From: a virus
Virus record (IMG/VR): IMGVR_UViG_3300035698_006566
Length of the DNA: 64,000 bases
Reading direction: 5' to 3' (one strand)
The translations under genes and the position numbers were made by a program. Under the pieces are notes generated by a model, which saw only the letters and a program-made list of their open reading frames with translations, had not been told where the DNA came from and did no database searches. Position 1 is the first letter of the stretch, and each line of letters begins with the position of its first letter. Shown in pieces: positions 41,791 through 51,147 of the stretch.

Positions 41791-42714
41791 CTATGTTGCC
41801 GATAGCCCTACGTGTGGAATCTGGTCAACCGCCCCACCTTCCCACACAAAGTCACCTATGGTAGCAGTATGAGTAGAAGCAGACGGATCATCTGGATCAT
41901 CAGAGTTGTAAACAGCGAAAACATGGAATGTACCCTCGGTCCAATCATTGTCAGGTACGTAGAAGGTAACGGGGTCGCCCACATTACCTTCCACCTCCGT
42001 GTCGGGTTCACCTAGGGTACCGAAAGGTCCATCTTGAGTCATAATGTAGACAGTATCATCGGCAGACCCTACCGCATCACCAACACTAGCCTCACAAGTT
42101 ATCGTATGATACGGGGCACCCCATGGAGGCACTGTGGTCCAGTCCTCTGCATCAGGTTGCATATCAGCCAATAGAAAAGCCATGGGCATAATGAGCAGCC
42201 CTGCATAGTCAGCCTTCTTAGCTATACCGGCTTCTGACTCGGGGTTGATAAATGCCAAGCGCATACCCGCTGTCCACCAAGCTTTTACCTGGGGCACTGT
42301 TATATCCATAGCCTCCGGGTTCATAAGAACTGGGGATATCATTTCCACAATCTCAGCGGCGGTAGGGAGGTCCCCCAGTACATCTGGGTAATACCCTAGT
42401 GCAACGCCTCCTAAGTATAGGCTATGCATGACACGGTACGACTGTGGGTTAACTATAAAGGTTACATTCCACATACCATTGGCAGAGTCATACACAGGCC
42501 CCTGCATAGCAAACCCTGCGTCCCAATCCACCTCATACCCAATTTTATCGTTGGTCAGCCCACTGTCTACTATCTCATCGTACATAGCCAACGCCGTGTC
42601 CTCATTGAACAGATTGGTGAACGAGGACATGGTGGTGCCGATATTATTGATAGTAAGGAAGTCCACTACGTTAGCCAACTTCTTACTACTGTATGTGTGC
42701 CATTTACGAATCAT
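41791..42714 (-). CDS. structural protein, tandem paralog 2
   Basis: homologous to ORF 42718..43659 (GPVYDSANGMWNVTFIVNPQSYRVM vs GPVYDPANGNWTITYQVNPYSYRVM). Confidence 0.5.
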   Translation of the reverse strand: MIRKWHTYSSKKLANVVDFLTINNIGTTMSSFTNLFNEDTALAMYDEIVDSGLTNDKIGYEVDWDAGFAMQGPVYDSANGMWNVTFIVNPQSYRVMHSLYLGGVALGYYPDVLGDLPTAAEIVEMISPVLMNPEAMDITVPQVKAWWTAGMRLAFINPESEAGIAKKADYAGLLIMPMAFLLADMQPDAEDWTTVPPWGAPYHTITCEASVGDAVGSADDTVYIMTQDGPFGTLGEPDTEVEGNVGDPVTFYVPDNDWTEGTFHVFAVYNSDDPDDPSASTHTATIGDFVWEGGAVDQIPHVGLSAT

Positions 42715-42717
42715 ATC

Positions 42718-43659
42718 TTATCCTCCCATCGCTGTGATGGTTAGCTCTTCCAGGTCCTCTACCCCTTTTTCATCCAGCCAATACGGATTGTCCGGGCCTA
42801 CACCCATGGCATCGGGGGTATCCAACAAAAAGTCCTCTGGATCCTCGTAGTATACGGCTACTAGATGTACCTGAGCTCCATCGCCCCCTTCACCGTTGAC
42901 GAATACCCTATACACCCCACTCTCAGGGATCTCCGTCCATAAGGCGTACCCATCAAAATCACCCTCAAGGTCCAGAGGGGATGCATCAAAGGTCTTTTGA
43001 CCAACAATGGCTATAATGCCCCCATTAAGATCTTCAGGGAAGTCTACAAGGGTTACATCGAACACCCAGTCGTACTCACCATCTGCCTCAAGCCACTCCC
43101 CACCTTCCGAATCAGCACTTAGTGTGGTAGATGCAAATGGAATATCCATATCACCCAGTGACTCACCGTATCTATCTATCCACTCTAGTGATCCAGGGGA
43201 TGGGAAAGCTGACTGTAGTCCTTTGGTCCAGATTTGTTTTAGGTTCTCATCATTATCCCCATTTAACATAAAGGGTAAGAACGCCGTCCTTAAATCCTCG
43301 TATGAGTCAGCGTCATCCCCGATAGAGTCCATGTAACCTAGGTCCACCGCAGCAGTATAAACCGCGAACATGACCCGGTAGCTGTATGGATTTACCTGAT
43401 AGGTTATTGTCCAATTACCATTAGCCGGATCATATACAGGACCGCCCAATACTATCCCAGCACCGTAGTCGATAGTGTAGGCCCCGCCTAGTAACGGTTC
43501 CTCTAGTTCCTCACTTATATCGTCCAGGGTTTCAGCAGGGTCAGACCCATCTACCATGTAAGCTAACTTGCTGGTGTCCGTATCGAGGCCATTGTAGGTC
43601 ATGAAAGCTACCACGTCATTGATGTTGGTAGCAGAGTAAGCTCTCCATAGATTAAGCAT
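42718..43659 (-). CDS. structural protein, tandem paralog 1
   Basis: see paralog 2. Confidence 0.5.
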   Translation of the reverse strand: MLNLWRAYSATNINDVVAFMTYNGLDTDTSKLAYMVDGSDPAETLDDISEELEEPLLGGAYTIDYGAGIVLGGPVYDPANGNWTITYQVNPYSYRVMFAVYTAAVDLGYMDSIGDDADSYEDLRTAFLPFMLNGDNDENLKQIWTKGLQSAFPSPGSLEWIDRYGESLGDMDIPFASTTLSADSEGGEWLEADGEYDWVFDVTLVDFPEDLNGGIIAIVGQKTFDASPLDLEGDFDGYALWTEIPESGVYRVFVNGEGGDGAQVHLVAVYYEDPEDFLLDTPDAMGVGPDNPYWLDEKGVEDLEELTITAMGG

Positions 43660-44131
43660 CGACTACTCCCCAGATAGATCCATTAACCCAAGAGTACTCA
43701 GAATGGGCTCCTGCCCCCCAAGCACCTTCCAGGTTTCTGGCTATCTTCCAAGCCTTCTTCTTTTCTTCGTAAGACTGCTTGAACAATTGTAACCAATTCA
43801 TGATGATAGGAGTTTTGTCACTTACCGCTAGGTTCGTGCCCCCATCCGAGAATGTAAGGTGATTACGGGTTTGTAGAAGTCCTACGGACTCAAGAACAGT
43901 TATGACAGTGCCACGTAACAGTAAGCTACGGGGTAACTTGTCTACGGTTAAACGAGAAAAAGGCGGAGTGCTATTGAAGTCATCCGCCGCGTCCATAACC
44001 GCAAAAAAGATCATACGGTCGTTGGTCTCTTCACCATCTATTAGTCGGTTCAGTTCTGGGTAATCCCGTAAGTACCCCCGAACCGTAGCGATGAAATCGT
44101 TGATCCACGGGCTTGCATTTGGCACCGACAT
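43652..44131 (-). CDS. hypothetical protein
   Basis: ORF track 159 aa. Confidence 0.45.
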   Translation of the reverse strand: MSVPNASPWINDFIATVRGYLRDYPELNRLIDGEETNDRMIFFAVMDAADDFNSTPPFSRLTVDKLPRSLLLRGTVITVLESVGLLQTRNHLTFSDGGTNLAVSDKTPIIMNWLQLFKQSYEEKKKAWKIARNLEGAWGAGAHSEYSWVNGSIWGVVDA

Positions 44132-44141
44132 TCATGTCCCC

Positions 44142-44423
44142 TTAGTCCAATAGAGGAATGGCCGGACCTACGCTGGGAGTTTCGGACATGGTTCCGCGCC
44201 GACCCCTGCGAGGGCCCCTTGCCATTTCTATAGCTGGTTTGCCTAGCTTAAGAGCACCTATGGCCATGAGCCGCTTAACCCGTGGGTCAGTCAACTCATC
44301 CATACTGAATTCAGCACTCTTACCTTGTGGGATAACCCTTCCACGCACCTTAATAGGGGTGGAGGGAACCCTAGCGTCTTTCAGTTCATCAGTTGGGATG
44401 TGAGTATGATTATACAGCTTCAT
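44142..44423 (-). CDS. hypothetical basic protein
   Basis: ORF track 93 aa. Confidence 0.4.
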   Translation of the reverse strand: MKLYNHTHIPTDELKDARVPSTPIKVRGRVIPQGKSAEFSMDELTDPRVKRLMAIGALKLGKPAIEMARGPRRGRRGTMSETPSVGPAIPLLD

Positions 44424-45072
44424 CGCTCAGCCTCTCCTTAACCATCTTCAACATGGCTGACTTGGATAGGCGACCACTAACGTCGTATCTGTTTGACATG
44501 TACGCTTTCAGGTCAGAATATGACAAAGCCTCAGCCTCTTCATACGTCCAGGTCAGTTCTTCCTTACCAAGGTCCTCTTCACTATCATCGTCAGATTCTG
44601 GGATAGATAGCTCCACCGGGAAATCTCCAGGGGGGTCAGGCTCAGTCATGGGAAGCTCTTCAACTTCCGGTTCAACTTCCGGTTCAACTTCCGGTTCAAC
44701 TTCCGGTTCTTCTACCACCGCATCAGGGCCGTCAGGGAACAATGGAGCATCATCGTCTTCTTCCACTAGGTCTACCCCAGTGTTGAGGATATACTCAGGT
44801 TCCTTGAGCTTAAGCTCAGGCGGTGCGAACTTTTCTAAATCTACATTCGCTTTGGTGTCAGCATCTACCACTGTACACATGTCATTACGCCATGCCTTTA
44901 CAATGGAACGGTAGCCACGTCTTAGGTCTTCTTCACTGACTAAAGACTGCTTACCAGGGTAAATCTTTCGGCCTGCTAAAAGAAGAACACGCCCCAGCTT
45001 ACGGGCGTTAGAGTTCAGCTTCCTGCGGGTACGGTGTGCTAAGTCCCTCCGGACATTTCTTACTATATACAT
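44410..45072 (-). CDS. acidic protein with (PEVE)4 repeat
   Basis: ORF track 220 aa. Confidence 0.45.
   Translation of the reverse strand: MYIVRNVRRDLAHRTRRKLNSNARKLGRVLLLAGRKIYPGKQSLVSEEDLRRGYRSIVKAWRNDMCTVVDADTKANVDLEKFAPPELKLKEPEYILNTGVDLVEEDDDAPLFPDGPDAVVEEPEVEPEVEPEVEPEVEELPMTEPDPPGDFPVELSIPESDDDSEEDLGKEELTWTYEEAEALSYSDLKAYMSNRYDVSGRLSKSAMLKMVKERLSDEAV
44659..44710. repeat. 12-bp tandem repeat TTCAACTTCCGG x4 (encodes PEVE x4 on the minus strand)
   Basis: four perfect 12-mers read directly. Confidence 0.8.
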
Positions 45073-45153
45073 TGGGCAGTCGCCTTTCTGAAATGATAAG
45101 GATAGGTGAGGCCCCTAAGGACCCCACCACACCCGATCCGCGTGTCAGAGCGG

Positions 45154-46302
45154 TTAGTACTGAACCACACTTGGGAAGTGAAGATTCTGCTCGACCCTGT
45201 TGTTTTCTGCACCGAGATCTTCTTCTGCTACCGGACGCATTCCTGCGGCTGAGGTTGCATTGTCTTCCTGACCTGGGGTTACGGAGCCACCGTATAGTTC
45301 CAACTTGCCGATTGCGGCGATGTTGACGATGCCCATACCAATAACTTCCCATGCCTGGAATTGGATTCTGTTCACGATCTTGTCAATGTAGAATTTCACA
45401 TCGTTAAGAACGAAGAACTTACCCAGGAAGTCTGGATCGGTGAAGACGTATACGTTACCACGACGGAGAATGTCGGTCTTGATGGTTCTGACGATCTTGC
45501 GACCCAACAGAGTGTTGTGTGCGTAACCGTCTACCAAGGTTTCCGATTCTGCCGGGGAACCCATGTCATCAATGGTCCAGGTGAGGATTTCGTTGTAGTC
45601 AGGCTCGGTGATCAGGAACTGTTCAGCCTTCATACGGTTACCGTCCAACAGATTGAACAGCTTCACGAAGTCTTCACGCTGTACTGGATGGAGTGTGTAG
45701 TCATCCAAACCAGCAGTCATGGCACCAGCACCCTTACATACAGCTACTTCGCCTACGGTACCAGCGTTCACGTTAGTGAAGTTGAAACCGACTCCGGGAT
45801 ACAGCTCTGCTTGGCGCGCTTGGATACTTGACTCTACGTAGAGGAGACCCTGCCTGTCTTCGATTTCCTGGATGTCCTTGATCACGTTTTGTTCGATGAT
45901 CTTGGTTACAGGAGATTCCCAGGCAAGCAGTTCTTCTTCTACTTGCTCGTACATTTCAGAGCTGACACGGAGGAATGAAATCTCCGCTCTCAGACCTTCA
46001 ATGAAGTGAGCCTTGGGCAACCCACGGAAGTCGATGATCATGGCCTTTGATTTCGGCTCAAGGTCAACGATTTTCACGAGGTTGTTGTGGTTTACGGAAC
46101 GCTGGCAGTCTGCCCTGGTCACTGACTCAGGTGGAACTACCTTGCGAATGAAACTGACTTCACGGAGGCGGTCACGAATATATGACCCACCGAATGCGGA
46201 CAGCTTCTCTTTGCCTTCATGTGTCTCAAGTCTCTGTGAAAACAGGTCGTTGAGTGCTTGGTTATTTACATTATCTCTCATGATCTTTTCCTCTCCTTCC
46301 AA
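45154..46302 (-). CDS. putative major capsid protein
   Basis: 382 aa, downstream of scaffold-like coiled-coil genes; position and size typical for an MCP; no diagnostic motif seen. Confidence 0.45.
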   Translation of the reverse strand: MEGEEKIMRDNVNNQALNDLFSQRLETHEGKEKLSAFGGSYIRDRLREVSFIRKVVPPESVTRADCQRSVNHNNLVKIVDLEPKSKAMIIDFRGLPKAHFIEGLRAEISFLRVSSEMYEQVEEELLAWESPVTKIIEQNVIKDIQEIEDRQGLLYVESSIQARQAELYPGVGFNFTNVNAGTVGEVAVCKGAGAMTAGLDDYTLHPVQREDFVKLFNLLDGNRMKAEQFLITEPDYNEILTWTIDDMGSPAESETLVDGYAHNTLLGRKIVRTIKTDILRRGNVYVFTDPDFLGKFFVLNDVKFYIDKIVNRIQFQAWEVIGMGIVNIAAIGKLELYGGSVTPGQEDNATSAAGMRPVAEEDLGAENNRVEQNLHFPSVVQY

Positions 46303-46305
46303 GGA

Positions 46306-46794
46306 TTAGCCTTCGTGGATGAATTGAACCCAGTCAGCATATCTGCCAGACGCCCACAACCTTACCACGTAGCCTACGATGTAATGACCGGCCTCTGCGA
46401 GACCAAGGCCACGTCTGACGATTCCGCCATCATCGAAGTCTTGTACTGAAAGTGGGTCACCAACTGAGAGTCCATCCGGACTATTCACGAGGTTGGTTCT
46501 TGCCTCGTAAGCTCCCAGGAAGAGTAGCGGCAAGCCGCCGATCACCTGTGTGCTGTACGCTCCCGATTGAATGTATACCGGGAAGGACGGAACCGTAGCT
46601 GCGTCCTCTTCATCTGCCTCTCCATCCCCGCCACGGCCTACAGTATAATTGTAGTTGTCCGCGAACTGGAGCCACTCGCCGTCTACGATGGGACGAGAGG
46701 ACATCGGATTCAGGTACTCAGACTCCGAAGAGTCAACAGTAAAGGTCTGAACCCAGATGGTATTAAATGGTGATAGAAGTTCGAAGTGTTGCAT
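46306..46794 (-). CDS. hypothetical head-module protein
   Basis: ORF track 162 aa. Confidence 0.4.
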   Translation of the reverse strand: MQHFELLSPFNTIWVQTFTVDSSESEYLNPMSSRPIVDGEWLQFADNYNYTVGRGGDGEADEEDAATVPSFPVYIQSGAYSTQVIGGLPLLFLGAYEARTNLVNSPDGLSVGDPLSVQDFDDGGIVRRGLGLAEAGHYIVGYVVRLWASGRYADWVQFIHEG

Positions 46795-46806
46795 AGTGTT
46801 TTCCCC

Positions 46807-47163
46807 TTATCCTTCCAGGATTGCTTCGATGAATGCTTGTTCTGCTTGACCTGTGTTGACTCCGTTACCGTCATCACCACCAGCCACCTTGGCCAGACCT
46901 ACTTGGTTAGCGGACAGATCCACTGCCTGTTCCACCACATCCAAATCTTCCCGGCCCATGAACGTAGCGATCTTCTCATCGAATGACAAGTCCGGTAGAA
47001 TGTTTTTGTCTTCCATTACCTTCGCAAGCTTGACAACTCTGTCTTGCTTTTCGAAAGTAGCTACCTTGTCCCTTAACACCCCATTCTCGGAAGAAAGGGC
47101 TCGTAGGGATTCAGCGGCTCTCTTGAAGATGTTTTGAGCTTCGCTCTGTTTAATGAGTCCCAT
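46807..47163 (-). CDS. scaffold-like coiled-coil protein
   Basis: 118 aa helical, acidic. Confidence 0.4.
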   Translation of the reverse strand: MGLIKQSEAQNIFKRAAESLRALSSENGVLRDKVATFEKQDRVVKLAKVMEDKNILPDLSFDEKIATFMGREDLDVVEQAVDLSANQVGLAKVAGGDDGNGVNTGQAEQAFIEAILEG

Positions 47164-47174
47164 AGTTACCTTCC

Positions 47175-48437
47175 TTACGCCATTTGGGGCGCTGTTGGTT
47201 CACCACCCTCTTGCTCGGGAGGAGCGTTTCGCTCACCACAAGAAGAACATACACCGTCCGACTTGGCTACCTCACCACCACACTTTTCGCATGGGTAGGT
47301 ACCTTCGACATCAGATGCCTGCTTTTCTGCCAGTTTGCTTTGGACAAAGCCTGCTAGCTTAGTCTTTTGCTCCTCGGTTCCGTGTTGGAGGATTGCCTCT
47401 GCCAAAGTCCCTACTTCCACACCTAGCTGACTCGAAATCTTCACACCTGCTTTTGAGGTGTTCTCGAAGGCGGCTTGGAGCACGTCGTCGGTACTAGTGG
47501 TCAAGGCTGGTTCACTGAGAACCTCTTTCATCAGCGTCTTTTGGGGTGCTTTAGCCTCACCCTTGGTGTAATTGATAACCTTCTCCAGGCTACCAGTTAC
47601 CAAGGACTTTTTGGCACCATCAACCCCAGTCGGCTGAGTTCTCTTCTCTTTCTTACCTTCTTCTTCCGAAGCTGTCGCGGAGTACCCAAGCTCTTCCTTG
47701 TGAAGGGAGTCGTCTAGGGTAGCTGATTCCGCTACTTTACCCATCAGGTAGTTACGGAGAGCTGCGGCCTTTTCCTCACCATCGTCCATTTTCTCAATGA
47801 TGTTGAGGTCAGGCTTCTTCTCTACCTTAGCTACTTCGGGGGCTTCAACAGAAGCGGTTTCTCCATCCTCAGCACTCTTGTTAAGGTTCATGATGGTTTC
47901 CGCCATCTTCTTAACAAATGCAATCTTGGCTGAAGTAGGTGTCTTCACAAAGGGAGCATCAGCCTGGGTCATCCAGTAAGCTTCTCCCTTTCCCTGTGGT
48001 TTATGCCTAGTATTTTCCATAAGAGTCGCAGATGGTGTCTCCGGATCCTTCTGCTTACCGGCAGTCTCCTTCGGTAGCTGCGCGTTAGCACTAGCTGTGA
48101 AGTTCAACAAACCTTCTTTGGGAGGGTCAGTTGTATAGTTATTGGTTAGCGCGGTATCACCTTCTCCAGGGCCCGCAATTGCCTCATCGACCGCCGCACT
48201 CTTGATGCTACCCAGAGCTAGCTTTTCAGCCAACTTCTCGTGCTGAGACCTGTCATCGACTATGTATCCTAGGTGGTCCCCAAGATAATCGACGGCCTGA
48301 GCCAGCTTGTCCACTTCACTTACTTCAATAAGAGTGGGGTCTGCTGACGGCGGCGTCTCCTGTACTGTGCTTGCGGTCTTGACCCTATCCTTGGCTTCCG
48401 CCATGGTGCGTTGGATCAAGTCGGAAAGCTGTGCCAT
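47175..48437 (-). CDS. scaffold-like acidic protein with C-terminal Zn-ribbon
   Basis: 420 aa, E/K/A-rich; CEKCGG...CSSCG. Confidence 0.45.
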   Translation of the reverse strand: MAQLSDLIQRTMAEAKDRVKTASTVQETPPSADPTLIEVSEVDKLAQAVDYLGDHLGYIVDDRSQHEKLAEKLALGSIKSAAVDEAIAGPGEGDTALTNNYTTDPPKEGLLNFTASANAQLPKETAGKQKDPETPSATLMENTRHKPQGKGEAYWMTQADAPFVKTPTSAKIAFVKKMAETIMNLNKSAEDGETASVEAPEVAKVEKKPDLNIIEKMDDGEEKAAALRNYLMGKVAESATLDDSLHKEELGYSATASEEEGKKEKRTQPTGVDGAKKSLVTGSLEKVINYTKGEAKAPQKTLMKEVLSEPALTTSTDDVLQAAFENTSKAGVKISSQLGVEVGTLAEAILQHGTEEQKTKLAGFVQSKLAEKQASDVEGTYPCEKCGGEVAKSDGVCSSCGERNAPPEQEGGEPTAPQMA

Positions 48438-48447
48438 GTCCGTCTCC

Positions 48448-48858
48448 TTAAACCGTAGTTAGTGGCGTTTGCTTAGCAATGCCAGTTGTGGACTTGATAG
48501 AAACACCGGGTAAGCCTGTAACCTTGGGTGGTGCCCCTACAGCAGCTCCAATACCCTTGAAAGGGGTGGACTTTAAGCCCTTCCCTATGCTCTTCATGGG
48601 TTGAAGCAATCCTGCTTGTTTTAGTACATCACCGACAACCTCTGAGGCAGTCTTCTTGTACTCTTTACGTGGCTCGGTGTACTTTTTCCGTGCAGCCTTA
48701 CGGCCTTCGGCGGTACCAAACCCTTTAGGTGTCTTACCGGTCTTGTGAGCCTGAAGTGTAGCCAAGGCAAAAGCAACCTGCTTTCCCTCTTTTTCGCCGT
48801 ACTTACCCTTGGTACTCTCGGCGATTCTTTCGGCTCTATCTTTTATCCACTTAGGCAT
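48448..48858 (-). CDS. basic protein
   Basis: ORF track 136 aa, K-rich. Confidence 0.4.
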   Translation of the reverse strand: MPKWIKDRAERIAESTKGKYGEKEGKQVAFALATLQAHKTGKTPKGFGTAEGRKAARKKYTEPRKEYKKTASEVVGDVLKQAGLLQPMKSIGKGLKSTPFKGIGAAVGAPPKVTGLPGVSIKSTTGIAKQTPLTTV

Positions 48859-48883
48859 TGTTAGCTATTACCTTAACCCCACG

Positions 48884-50068
48884 TTATTGAGTTGTATCTA
48901 CCAGACCGCCATTTACCAGCATTTCCATGGCCCGTTGGTTAACAGCCTGTTCTAAAGCCTGTTCCTGTGGGTCTGCTGCTTGCATTTGCTGCATTTGCTG
49001 CGGCTGTTGCTGCATCATTTGAGGTTGCTGTACTTGCTGTTGCTGCTGTTGCCACTGCTGTGGATCCGCTGCAAACTGCTGGGTCTGTTCTACACTAGGA
49101 GCGTAGCCACCTTCGTATCCGCCCTGTTCGTAGCCACTGCCATCATCAGCATAACCGCCAGTTTCGAGACCTGGGTCCATACCCATACCGTCGTTGGCGT
49201 GCTTACGGAGATAGAATGCTAGCTTGTTGACGAATGCGCCTTCTTTGGTTTCAGGAGGGCCTGCTGGAGGTGCTGCTCCTGGGGGTGGCCCCATTGGAGG
49301 TGCTCCTGGAGGCGGTCCACCCGGTGCTGCTTCTCCACCGCCAGCTACTTGCTCAATTGCCATTTCTGCGGCTTGAGCTGCGGCTTGCTGTGCTTGTTCC
49401 GGTGGTCCACCTTGCTGAATCACTGCCACTGCTGCTGTTGCTGCGGCTTGAGCTGCTACTTGAATAGGATCTGGTTCACCTCCGCCCATTTCTGGTGGGG
49501 GACCTTCTGGTGGGGCTCCTGGAGGAGGTGCCATTGGGGGTGCTCCTGGGGGGGGTGCTCCACCTCCTACACCTGCTGCGGCAGCATCTTCCATACCTTC
49601 AGCGGTTTTGTACAGATACATAGCGCGGTCTGCGGCCAGCTTGTCTAGCTGGTTACCTTCTGCTACTTGTGAACCGATGACATTTCCGGGATCTTGACTC
49701 AGCGCGGCTTGCTTCATCAGACTGATATTTTCACGTTCTTGCTCACATGCATGAGCGGCGATCTTGCCAAGGCGGTCATAAAGGACTGCGGCTTCCTTAG
49801 CCTCTTCCCCTTCTACCTCTGTCTTGGTCTTCTTTTCAGGAACTGCTGCTACTTCTGCTGCCGGTGCTTCTTCTGCCTCGGCTTCAGCAACAAGCTCTTC
49901 TGCGATCTTTGCGATCTCAACATCACTTAGGCCGGTGATATCCATGCCTACTGATGCCATTCCGTCCGCGATAGCGTTAGCAGTATCTACAGCAGCTTGC
50001 TTCTCAAGCTCATCAGTAGTCTTACCAGTGCCATAGATGTCGGACAGGTACTTAGTGATAGGGTCCAT
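48884..50068 (-). CDS. Pro/Gln/Ala-rich low-complexity protein with an internal duplicated PPPGAPP segment
   Basis: GAPPPGAPPMAPPPGAPPEGPPPE ... GGPPPGAPPMGPPPGAAPPAGPPE; C-terminal poly-Q. Confidence 0.45.
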   Translation of the reverse strand: MDPITKYLSDIYGTGKTTDELEKQAAVDTANAIADGMASVGMDITGLSDVEIAKIAEELVAEAEAEEAPAAEVAAVPEKKTKTEVEGEEAKEAAVLYDRLGKIAAHACEQERENISLMKQAALSQDPGNVIGSQVAEGNQLDKLAADRAMYLYKTAEGMEDAAAAGVGGGAPPPGAPPMAPPPGAPPEGPPPEMGGGEPDPIQVAAQAAATAAVAVIQQGGPPEQAQQAAAQAAEMAIEQVAGGGEAAPGGPPPGAPPMGPPPGAAPPAGPPETKEGAFVNKLAFYLRKHANDGMGMDPGLETGGYADDGSGYEQGGYEGGYAPSVEQTQQFAADPQQWQQQQQQVQQPQMMQQQPQQMQQMQAADPQEQALEQAVNQRAMEMLVNGGLVDTTQ

Positions 50069-50107
50069 CGTGTTTTACCTCCACGGATTTAATTGCGGGA
50101 CTACGTT

Positions 50108-50512
50108 TTAGCCCTGTTGTGCTTGTTTGACAGCCAGATTAGCTTGTAGCTCTCTGAGTCCGTCTAGGCCGCCCATCTTTTCCAGATGATTAGCCAATTC
50201 GCCTGATGACACACCCAACTCTTCTGCGTGGGCAATCAGTCTACCTAGTTGATCGAATTCAGCCGCCTTCTCTAGGAATGGCTGAGACAACTGCGCCTCG
50301 TTCTGAGATGAGATGACTTCGTGAGCGATCTTATCTAAATCCGCTTCACTCATTCGTGCAGGGTCAACACCCTGTTGCACCATCAGCTCTAGGACGCCTG
50401 TTGCCGCTTCTTCAGCAGCAGTCTTCTCAATACGAGAAGTTGTGCCGTAAAGTCTGGCCAGATCTTGGTCCATTTTAGGTTCTCCTTTAGGTTCCGTTAT
50501 CCGGTTGGCCAC
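50108..50512 (-). CDS. hypothetical acidic helical protein
   Basis: ORF track 134 aa. Confidence 0.4.
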   Translation of the reverse strand: MANRITEPKGEPKMDQDLARLYGTTSRIEKTAAEEAATGVLELMVQQGVDPARMSEADLDKIAHEVISSQNEAQLSQPFLEKAAEFDQLGRLIAHAEELGVSSGELANHLEKMGGLDGLRELQANLAVKQAQQG

Positions 50513-50550
50513 AGGGTCTGTGAGAAAGCTGATGTTCCTCTCCTGTTTTA

Positions 50551-51147
50551 CTAACCACCATAGTACATCATCTGCGGGTCAACTGCCATAGCTTGTTGTT
50601 GTCTATTTTTTGCTGAATGCATTAATAGTGCTCCTGCACCCGTTACTCCTGCACCCGCTCCAACAACCTTACCGGCTGATGACCATCTCCTATACGCCTC
50701 TGGGTCTAACTTGCGAGCCCCTTCAAGACCCCCATGTTGATACCCCTTTAACAACTTCTGGTACTCAGCCCCCATAGTCTTTCGTCCACCCCCACTAAGT
50801 ACTGAACCTAATTGGCCCAGCCCTGTTTCTGTAGTGGTACCTTGTGACTTAGCTAATATACGCTCTGCGTGCTCCCTAGGCAAGGAAGCTAATGCTTTAC
50901 TTTTCAACCCAGGTATAGCTGCCTGAACCTTAGGTGCCACAGCTTGGTATGCTTTAGTTAATGGCTTCTTCATCATCTTCATACCCAATGCGGTCTGTAT
51001 AGCATACCCAGGTAGTTGGCCACCACCATTAATTCCCCTATATAGTCCCTTGGCCCCACTTCGTGCCAACCCAAACCCAATACCGGCTTGGATACCGCCC
51101 ATTATGGGCCCAGCTACTTTTTGTACACTGCTTAACTTTACAGTCAT
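50551..51147 (-). CDS. MIKLSSL-family Gly-rich protein
   Basis: MTVKLSSVQKVAGP...; ATGA overlap with the stop of ORF 51144..52901. Confidence 0.55.
   Translation of the reverse strand: MTVKLSSVQKVAGPIMGGIQAGIGFGLARSGAKGLYRGINGGGQLPGYAIQTALGMKMMKKPLTKAYQAVAPKVQAAIPGLKSKALASLPREHAERILAKSQGTTTETGLGQLGSVLSGGGRKTMGAEYQKLLKGYQHGGLEGARKLDPEAYRRWSSAGKVVGAGAGVTGAGALLMHSAKNRQQQAMAVDPQMMYYGG

Noticed and set aside
45008-45352. ORFs 45008..45352(-) and 45036..45326(+) overlapping the capsid gene end
   Set aside because: Arg/Ser-rich low-complexity translations overlapping a better-supported gene.
49349-49648. Cys-rich plus-strand ORFs (48980..49222, 49234..49467, 49349..49648, 49694..49930) opposite the Pro/Gln-rich gene
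   Set aside because: Artefacts of CAG/CTG and GGN-rich coding DNA read on the wrong strand.
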